Below, piece by piece: positions 54,701-64,000 of a stretch of DNA of 64,000 bases. The position numbers and the translations under genes were made by a program. How positions within the stretch are numbered: position 1 is the first letter of the stretch; every line of letters starts with the position of its first letter. The notes beneath the pieces were generated by a model. The model was not told the DNA's origin and ran no database searches. It saw nothing but the letters and a program-made list of their open reading frames with translations. The stretch is from Epiperipatus broadwayi. Lineage: Eukaryota; Animalia; Onychophora. The stretch is taken from assembly GCA_028023455.1 (NCBI GenBank), contig JAQFVV010000010.1, forward strand, positions 2,170,001-2,234,000, read 5' to 3'.

Positions 54701-57460
54701 TAGTATGTAAGGTCAATAAGGGTCTTCCATCTCTTGGTATAGAATGAGAAAGCATGTTTGGAAAATAGACCCTGCCCACCCGTGAGACCCTTGGAAAACA
54801 GATGTATGTATTTCTTATTAAACTTGTCATGTCCCATGTTGTATGTATTTCTTATTAAACTTGTCATGTCCCATGTTGAAGTCACCAAGAACAAGCAAAG
54901 GCATTGATGTATTTCCAGTTAGTATATTAATTATGAAAAATGGTGTGCTTTTATCTGGTTATCAGTAGAGGTATGCAATGTAGCATCTGAAGTTTCCAAA
55001 TTGAACATCAACTTATATGGAATTTTCATCTAAGTGCAAAATTGCAAAGACAGAAGGACTAGACCAGTTGTTTATGACTATTGCAACCCCTTTGGCTGAA
55101 ACAATGGAGGTTGAATACCTGAAATAGTCAAAAGAAGAAAATACAGCATCCATTTTGTGACTAGAATTTATGTTTAGTTTAGTTCCAGACATGAATAAAA
55201 TGTTAGTTTTTTTTGATGGCAAATATTCTGCTCGGGGAGTTTAGTCCCTAATGTTAATTCTGACTTTTGAAATGTGCATGTGGTGGAGTGTGTGCAGCAA
55301 GTATTGAGAAGGCAATACAAGCATTGAAGTACATGCACAAAAAATTTAGTATAGAATAACAAGAGATGCTAATTGACAGGGAATGAGAATCATTGGTTAA
55401 ATTTGATGTTAAAAGTAAATTACTGCGATGAAGATCTGGTGGTTCTTCTTGAGGATTCTTTAGTTTTTTTGTTTTTCTTTTTTGCATTGTCCATAACAAA
55501 CGGGTCATCTACACTATTGTCTGACATGCCACTCTCAAAATTTGATTATTTGATTGTGTAAATTTTTATTTGATGTCTTGAACCAAGAAGACATGATAGC
55601 TGTGCAATGAGTGTTCAGCATCTCCTCCCTTGAGTTTTTTGAACTCCCCAGCACTCTTGGATGATTTGTTACTCATGTTTTAACTTGGTGACCTCTTATC
55701 GCAGAACTTTCCTCACTTTCTGATTGAGTCAGACGAATGTGTTTACTTGCATGCAGGGCATCCTTTTCAATGGCAGAATCCATAGCCTGAGCCATAGGAC
55801 CAAGATCCTCACCATTTGAGTTAGAGTTCATGTCTGATAACTTTCCTCCAATGAGGACTCTTTGCAGGAGGGAGTAATGTCATTAGTCTTTGGTCCAAGC
55901 AGAAAATCCATATTATTTTGATGGTCCTCTATCAATTTTGAGGTTAATGAGTTGACTGATAGATTTTCACTGGATATAACTGGACCTGATTATCAGAATT
56001 GACTGAAGGAACCAACTTGCACCTGTGTCCAGGAATCTTTTTTTTCTTACAAATGAGACACCACCTTTGAGGGCACTCTCTCAAATGTTCATGGCTCTTA
56101 CAAGTGAAACATTGCAGCCTGGCTCCCTTGATGAAAATGACCAGGGGGACTTCTCAGCCACAATTATGGTGGGGATTGCTTCCTGGAAGAGACTCTGTTT
56201 CAGGTTAAATGTGAAGATTCTGGTGTTGGTGAGTGTGAGACCACCAGTGTTTTTATCCTTGAGATATTCAAAATTCATGATTTTCCCATAGTTGTCCATA
56301 TATTTCTGTGTTGTTTCTCAAAACCAATGTGTCATTTTGTGATTATACCATGTAATAATGATGGTCTGGATGGCTTCTAAAAATCTGTATTGATTTTTAA
56401 AAACTTGCTTCTGTAAGAAGTTGTTAAACTGTATTACTACATATTGATCATTGGGCAGTGTGAAAATTTTGAAGACATTTTTGATTAAGTTATTGGTTTT
56501 TAAAAGATTAAAGATTTCTTCAACTGGGAATCTGAAAAGACTACAGTTTAGATATGTTATTGCAAGGATTATCGAACAGTCATTGTGATAAAATTTAAGT
56601 GATTTTAGTAATTACGATGGAACTGAGTTATTAAATTGTTGTATTGTAATTTGATGATTTTCTGTTGTGAGTTTGGGTTGCCCAAGATCGTAGCTTCATG
56701 GTTTTTGATTTGTTCATTGTATTGTTCCTCCCAAGCCCCACACCTGTGACAATTCCTGGACTTGCTCTAGATTACTTTTGTTATTAAGGTCCGAGGCTAG
56801 CATGCCTAGTACTTTTGCATAAGATGACTTATGCCTAGTACTTTTGCATAAGATTACTTATCTAGTTTTTGGATACTATTGCAGTCTTTTTGAGGGTTAT
56901 TATCAATTACTAAGGCTTTATTCTATTGTGTATTTTTTGTAAAAACCATTTCCCAAATTGTTATTTTGGTTTTTTTGAGTCTTAGAAAATTTGATTGAGG
57001 GCCCAACATGAACATTGTTTTTAGGATTTTGCACTTTGATTTTGATGTTTTGCGATTTATTATCCAGTGGAGAACTTTTAGAACTGTTTTATTTAAGTTT
57101 AGCACTTGGGAGATTGAGAATTGTTTTTAGTTCCAGAATTATGATTAGTATCATCTTTCTGATTATTTTTTTTTTGAATTTTGATTAACTTTAGGAGATT
57201 TTGATAAAGCTATGCTATTTATCTTTAATAAAAACTGATAGGAGTTGGCACCATCTTGGATTTGATAGCGTTTTGAAAAATTTTTTTGAAAAAAAGGAAA
57301 GGGGACTTAAATTTGAAATTTTGACTGGAATGATAAATAAATGAGTAGTACACATATTTAAACAGTCCAATATAGAAATAATGCACCTCATATATTTAAA
57401 CAGTCCAATATAGAAATAATGCACCTCTTCTCTGTCAACAACTAAATAAAAGTCCACTTG
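51741..57460 (-). mobile_element. Near full-length decayed L1/Tx1-like LINE
   Basis: APE (NILFMSGTKL, SAKGVAIVIN), RT (HPGPHAIS, LRPILMMPLLIKI, ISQGSPLSTLF), C-terminal Cys-rich CQMCSGETLQNFLYGC; AATAAA and A-run near 51741-51775. Confidence 0.8.
53209..53569. repeat. In-frame 180-bp tandem duplication within the LINE RT
   Basis: Lines at 53221 and 53401 are identical; a 60-aa peptide is repeated in ORF 53141-53680. Confidence 0.95.
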
Positions 57461-58499
57461 AATCAGCAGCCAAGTTGGAGAGTTGTTTCTTCAGCTAACT
57501 CCACTTGGGGACTTAAGCATTTTACATATTCTTTTTAATTTTTGTGAGACTTTTGGAACATAAGGAAAACTAATCTATTTTTACATATTCTTTTTAATTT
57601 TTGTGAGACTTTTGGAACATAAGGAAAACTAATCTATTTTTTATTCTCTATTGGTTAAGGAGGTATGGAATTTTTTCTTCTATTGTAAAATCTTTCAACC
57701 ATTTTAATTATTTTAGTATTTACATCCTAGATTTTCTAAATCCTTATATAAGCATCTATATTGTTCTTTCTATCAGCCTCAAATTTACATCATTTATTTC
57801 TATACAAAATGTCTTTCAATCCAACATATTTAAATGTCATTGAGGCTAAAACCTTGGTATGGATTGCCCCTCTAATATTTATTCATTTTAACATCATTCT
57901 GTAGTTCATTGGTATTAACATTCCTCTGAATATATAGGTACAAAAATTATTATATAATGAGCATGCTAATAGCTCTTAACAAGCTTTTCAGAATACCCCT
58001 ATCCTCAAACTGTTTTTTAGCTCTGGCTTTAGGATATTCAAGAATTAGATTTAAAACACCAGGTCAAGCCCAACACTTTATTTAATGTTTAACTATTAAG
58101 TAGAAAATCCGAAATTTTCAGATACTCATATGTCTTCAAATCCAGCTATACAACTTAAATAGCCATTGGGACTGAATTAAGTTCAGTGTGACTGAATTAA
58201 GTTCAGATGCACCATATATTAATAGCTTTAGCAATATAAAATCACCAAAATCTTAAGATATATATGACTTAATATTCTTGTGATTATTGTTATTGCTCTT
58301 AAGGTTTTGGTGCTTTTATATTGCTAAAGCTATTAATATATATAGTGTATCTGAACTTAGTTCAGTCCCATATGGCTATTTAAGTTAGATAGCTGGATTT
58401 GAAGACATATGGATGTCTGAAAATGTTATATTTTTTATTTAATAGTTAAACATTAGATAAAGTGTTGGGCTTGACCTGGTACTTTAAATCTAAAGCTTG

Positions 58500-58560
58500 A
58501 ATATCCTACCACCTCACTGACGAAAGCCAGAGCTAGAAACTGGTCTGAGGATAGGATATT
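58500..58560 (+). ncRNA. Type I hammerhead ribozyme (family B), best-preserved copy in the window
   Basis: AAUAUCCUA-CCA-CCUCA-CUGACGA-A-AGC-CAGA-GCU-A-GAAA-CUGG-UC/UGAGG-A-UAGGAUAUU: perfect 5-bp + 9-bp helix I, intact core, GUC cleavage after 58545. Confidence 0.85.
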
Positions 58561-58876
58561 CTGAAAAGATTGTTAAGAACTATTGGCATGCTCATTCTAT
58601 AATATTTTTAATGCAAGTTTATTAAATTAAGTCACATGATATATGACTTAATTTCCTTGCAATTATTGTTATTGCACGTAAGGTTTTGGTGATTCTATGT
58701 CATTAAAGCTATTAATATATGGTATATCTGAACTTAGTTCAGTCCCATATGGCTATTTAAGTTAGATATTTAGATTTAAAGATATATGGATGTCTGAAAA
58801 TTTCAGATTTTCTACTTAATAGTTAAACATTAGATAAAGTACTGGGGTTGTCCTGGTATTTTAAATCTAAAGCTTG

Positions 58877-58938
58877 AATATCCCTAGTGCCTCACTGATG
58901 AAATACAGAGCTAGAAACTGGTCTGAGGATAGGGTATT
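58877..58938 (+). ncRNA. Second family B hammerhead (core intact, helix II mutated)
   Basis: CCUCA-CUGAUGA-AAUACAGAGCUA-GAAA-CUGG-UC/UGAGG; cleavage predicted after 58923. Confidence 0.65.
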
Positions 58939-59029
58939 CTGAAAAGCTTGTTGATGCCCATTATATAAATTTGTAATACAAGCTTATTAAATTAAGTCAC
59001 ATGGTATATAACTTGATTTCCTTGCAATT

Positions 59030-61170
59030 CAAGTCCAAAAATTTAATTATATCTTTGACTTCTCCTTTCATAGTGATGATGCTTGCTCTAATTCATAAAA
59101 TATATTTGTAATCTGTGTTTCAGTTGAACAAATTATGGTATTGTCAACATACTTAATATAAATTGTGTCCATGTTCAATGATAAATATTTTAAAATTATA
59201 ACCTTTTTGAAATTTGCTTAGAAATAAGTTGCATATAATTCCACTAATGGGGTGACTCAGCGGTCATCCATGATTTATTCTATAAAATTTTTTGTTTGCT
59301 ATTTTCAGGACTTCAATAATATTTTTTTTTATTCGAATGATAATCTAAATTTTGCAATAATTCATTAATTATATCTATAGTTTTAGCTTTTGGTACCAAA
59401 TGATACACTTCTTTTAATGTCTAGAGATGCTATTTTGTATTTAGCAACTACTTTCATATTTTTAATTTTATCAATGCATTCATATGTTGATTTTATCATG
59501 CACTTTCTGAGTCCTATGTCTTCTGACAACCAGTTTGTGATAGTCTTAGCAGCTTTGTAAAAACATGATGCTCCAAAATCTATTATCAATTATAATGGAT
59601 AATTTTCTTTGTATAACTTAACATTTGCAAAGATACTCAGAGGCATTGTGGCTGAGAGGTGCATTCTAAGGTAATCAGATTTTGTACTGCTTATAAACAC
59701 TTCATTCATATACACTTTAATGCAACAAATTTTCTTAAAAACTTCTTTATTTTCTTACAATTTTGACTGTCCAGCAGTCTTTATCAGAGCTTTATCTTCT
59801 TCACTGCTTTAATTAAACTGACCTTTTTTTTTATTGTTATTTGCATTATTTAATTTTAATATTAATTTTCATCTGTCATTTAATATCCTTGATATTTCAT
59901 ATCCTTCCAATTCTTTAATGTAGTCCATTAACATTTTTATATTGGCTATATTTTCCATACCATATATTATATATTACATATATTCAAAACTTGTCTTTCT
60001 TCTTTCTAATCCTTTGTGTGATTCTCTTCTTATCAGAAGTATATTCTCTTATTCTTCTCCTTCACCTTCTTAACATATCTTCAAATGATCATATATATTG
60101 CTTGTAACACTTCATTCATATACACTTTAATGCAACAAATTTTCTTAAAAACTTCTTTATTTTCTTACAGTTTCGACTGTCCAGCAGTCTTCATCAGAGC
60201 TCTATCTTCTTCACTGCTTTAATTAAACTGGTCAGTTTAATTAAAGCAGTGAAGAAGATAAGAGCTCTGATGCATTAAAGTGTATATGAATGAAGTGTTA
60301 CAAGCAATATATATGATTATATGAAGATATGCAAAGAAGGTGAAGTAGAAGAATAAGAGAATATACTTCTGATAATCAGATTTTGTATACACTTTATCAC
60401 AGTATTTTCTTCAATAATATAAAATCTTTCATATATTTCAAGTGGTAAGATTTTATTTCTGTAAATTTTAAGCTATTGATTTCCATGTTCAATTTTATTT
60501 TTTAGTCTTCTTTATTTTCAAGATTAGCTGATTGCCTTTATCTTCTCTTAAACATATAATATTTTTCTCTTTGATATACTTCCTTATTTCATTTCACACT
60601 TGTTGGGTAATAAATTCAATAATTTTGCAGTCCCCTCAATTACTCTATCTCTCTAAAGATTGGTTTCAAATGCTAAATATATATATATATGAATAAAGAA
60701 GGGGAGAGTCTCATGGTGTGCTGAATAATGCATTCATTTGTCATTATCATATCTTGGATTGAAATCCAAGTAAACTTCCAAAATTTCAATTTAGAAGTTT
60801 CTTTAGATAGGCTTATCAAAATTGACTTGATTAGATAAGCCATCATTATTCATAATATATATCTAGTTATTATTAACTAAAGGGTAAAATAAGGATGAAA
60901 AAAATCATAAAATCCTCTCCATTCTGGGTTAGATAGATATTGGTTTTCTTCAGCACTATTTCTTTGTGGAGATATTTTGAATGACCTTTTTCCTATAGTT
61001 AGTTACTTAAAGTTGTTCATCTGACTACCAAAAAAAAAAGATATTAGTTCTTATAAGCTGGATCTATATAGATATTCTTGGAATTGTTGATGATCAAGTG
61101 TTTGTATATTGCTGTTCTAATGCAAGCTTGATTTACAGAAAATTATTTAAAATGCATCCATATATATATA
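59030..61170 (-). mobile_element. Decayed PLE RT sequence(s) with internal duplication and fold-back (~59690-60400)
   Basis: ORF 59383-59589 GASCFYKAAKTITNWLSEDIG...IKSTYECIDKIKNMKV..KIASLDIK resembles PLE RT N-terminal motifs; HPISGIICNLFL (~59240) and KFLDL (~59035) follow; 60430-61170 is only weakly assignable. Confidence 0.6.
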
Positions 61171-61769
61171 TTAAATTTTTACAGAAATTTTTAACATCAT
61201 AATCATCATTCTGTCATCTAAGATAAAGACAATCTGATAATAGATTAAAAATCATGTAATAAGATTATGAATAAGTTGTTCTATACAAATATAATGAATC
61301 AATTACTTTTCAAACATTAAGTTTTCTGCTCAAGGGCAAATAAAATTATTTATTTATTGATTATGTGTAACTTCCAAAGGGACAGACCAATAACTTCCAT
61401 TTATTTGAACAAAATGTGAACTTATATTTTTCTCAGTTCAAATCTCTTTTACTATCATTGCTAGATAAACTACTAAGGGCAGGTAATTAGAATATTATTG
61501 ATAAATAATAATATTAATTCACCAATGATGATTGTTGGATTTTCTTTTCTTTTCTGTAATAACAACTTATTTCAATGAGCCAGATTTTTAAAATACCTCA
61601 AACTTTAATGACCTCTTTGTTAAATGTTTAAAATGATGGAAAAAAATTAAAAATTGCTATTTAATTTGACATAAATACCAATGTTAAAAAAGAAAAATTA
61701 ATCAAAATTCATAGATATCCACATTAAAATAATAAATAAATTATTTAAGTTGACTATTTTGAATATATT

Positions 61770-62220
61770 AGGTCAAATAATGAACTGTGAGGAAGAAATG
61801 TCCAGAAAAATTACTTTAGCAAGGTGTACTTTCTATTCAGAGTGAAGTCTTTTGCCATCAAAGTTATCCTAAATCTTGATATCATATCCAAGAATTATGA
61901 AGTCTTATATTTAAATAATCATTGTATATAATAGATCAGAGGTTTAAACTCTTTCAGGTTATGATATTATGAGAAGAGACTTTTAAGATGTGGGTATGGA
62001 AAAAAAGTAATATACATGATTAAAAAATGTTACTATCTCTCAAATTAGTACTAAAAAGGTTAAATTGGATGCACCATATACCAAGACATTTCAACGCATT
62101 AAAAGACATAGTAGAAGAAAAATATCTAGAAAATGGCCATGGATAGGCCTATTTCATCTTTATGAACTATATAGACTGGTATTCGGAACTCTAAAGAACA
62201 GAAAGTAATTAATTAAATAT
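61770..62220 (+). mobile_element. Highly decayed RTE-like LINE 3' fragment
   Basis: GQIMNCEEEMSRKITLAR and KRLNWMHHIPRHFNALKDIVEEK resemble RTE RT C-terminal motifs. Confidence 0.45.
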
Positions 62221-64000
62221 TGTAGGATATTCTTATTAGAAGTTTTAATTAATCTTTGGATTGAAGAATTAATGAAACCTTTTATATCAATATAATATAA
62301 AATAAATTATGTGATATATGTGTGCATAGTGTAGAAAATATTTCATTTGAACTCACTAATTTAAAAATTAAGTATTCAATTTATTTGATTTAAAAGGGCA
62401 AAAAAGAGCAAATGTTTTTGAAATAATATCTGAAATCAATGATGCCAACAATAAAAAGAAAGCGAAATTTAAAGATCTGTGATGTTAAACTTTTTTTTTC
62501 ATTGTAAATGAAATGATTAATTATAATTTTATATTCATTTTAAGTATTGTATTTTTTTTTTGTCTAGTAAGAAAGAATTTAATATTTAAAAGTTGTTATT
62601 GTATTAACAGAACTAATTTATTTTTGCAGTTTTAAGATAGGAAAAAGTCAATTATGTACACACATATTTACATGAAATATACCATGAGAGACCAGTAAAC
62701 AAATGTATTATATTGATATAGAGAACTTATTTATTTTAATAAATAGTTCGCGCTAAAATAGTGACAAAGATAATTAACTATATATAAAAAAAATTACATA
62801 GCAATTTTTTTTTTTTTGAGAAATAGTCATAACCATTGTTTTGTTTTGTTTTTTCAAAAAAGAGAAAATGAAAGTAATTGCAACTCTTTTATTTAGCATT
62901 GACTAAAAAATTGGAATTAAAATAATATATATAGTTTATTTTGTTCCGTTAAGTAATCAGAAATTGCAGCAAATCTGCCATTCTAAGATCTTAACTACTA
63001 AGCCTGACTTATCCTTTAATTATACACGATATAAAAATTAATCATTTTATAAAGAAACATTGTTAAATAAAATAAATATATATAATAATATAGCGCGCAC
63101 ACACAAATCCATTTTTTTTAGTCATTTTTTTTATCCAGAGATAATAAAGTTTATAAATAGAAAATTAATTTAAAATGTCATTATTGATTGTTTAATTATG
63201 AATTATTGATTGAATGTGTTTTATCACGTAAAGATTTTCAAATGATAAACTTCAATTTAACACAAGAATCTATATATTTATTTTATCATTAAGGCCTTCT
63301 GTACAAGCCAATGATATTACTAGCCAATATTTATTGCATTTGATAAACAACATTTCAACTAGTTATTACATCTTGAAATGAATTTTAAAAATATTATATA
63401 TTCAGTACAGTTTATATACAATTTCTGGCTAGAGATAATGTCTGATTAGTAATAATGATTAATGTATTTATCAAAACTGATTGGTATCAAAGATGTGAGT
63501 GCAAAAAGTTCGTAAATCAAAGTTTTATATATTTATATGTAAGTGTGAATATGTATGTATGTTTATAATTGGATTATGAATTGAAAGTAGAGGTTTGGAC
63601 CTAGCATAGCCTATAAGTAGTGGGTTTTCACATCCTGTGTCTTTATATCTCATTTTAAGATTTAAATTTATATTTTAAAATAATGAGGAACTCATGAAGT
63701 AATAGTTTGTATTTTATATATCATGCTTATAACTAAACTTTAAATTCATGTGGAACTTAGAATATTTTTTCAAGTAATTATAGTTTTTTAATCAAACTTA
63801 TGATTTTTTTTTTTTAGGTAGCCAGATTATAGATGATTAATTGATAAATGGATATCTAGTTCAGACTCTCAACAAATAACTAACGAGTAATATTTTTTCC
63901 ATTACTATTTCTGTATAGAGATATACTGAAGAGGCTATTTAAGATTGCTTTTCTATTTTGAGAAGACATTTCTGGCTGTGAAAATATGGGAGCTATGCCT

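Larger units (their letters stand above)
57943..59030. repeat. Family B HHR repeat: antisense arm 57943-58258 plus ~2 sense tandem units 58257-59030 (378-nt period)
   Basis: HHR cores at 58517 and 58895; inverted arm has its HHR core deleted; no ORF. Confidence 0.9.

Overview
AT-rich, CpG-depleted animal (invertebrate-like) genomic DNA, mostly retroelement debris; the species cannot be identified from sequence alone. Two divergently oriented host-gene first exons are visible. One is a probable signal-peptide exon on the minus strand (1874-1991). The other is exon 1 of a proline-racemase-family L3HYPDH-like gene on the plus strand (22881-23355); I could not find its exon 2, so the first intron may exceed 40 kb. 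Between and after them lie four decayed Ty3/Gypsy elements (one nested in another), a near full-length L1/Tx1-like LINE, RTE LINE copies, several Penelope-like element (PLE) pieces, MITE-like hairpins and a young tRNA-derived SINE. The most notable signal is a set of hammerhead-ribozyme (HHR) repeats. Family A (~450-nt unit, 5 loci) and family B (378-nt unit) are non-coding, tandem or fold-back repeats carrying a minimal type I HHR with a (near-)palindromic helix III, and they share a second hairpin at conserved spacing; they look retrozyme-like. Family C is a PLE terminal repeat in which a tRNA-derived A/B-box segment sits directly upstream of an HHR-like motif. All alignments and folds were made by eye; repeat boundaries are approximate.
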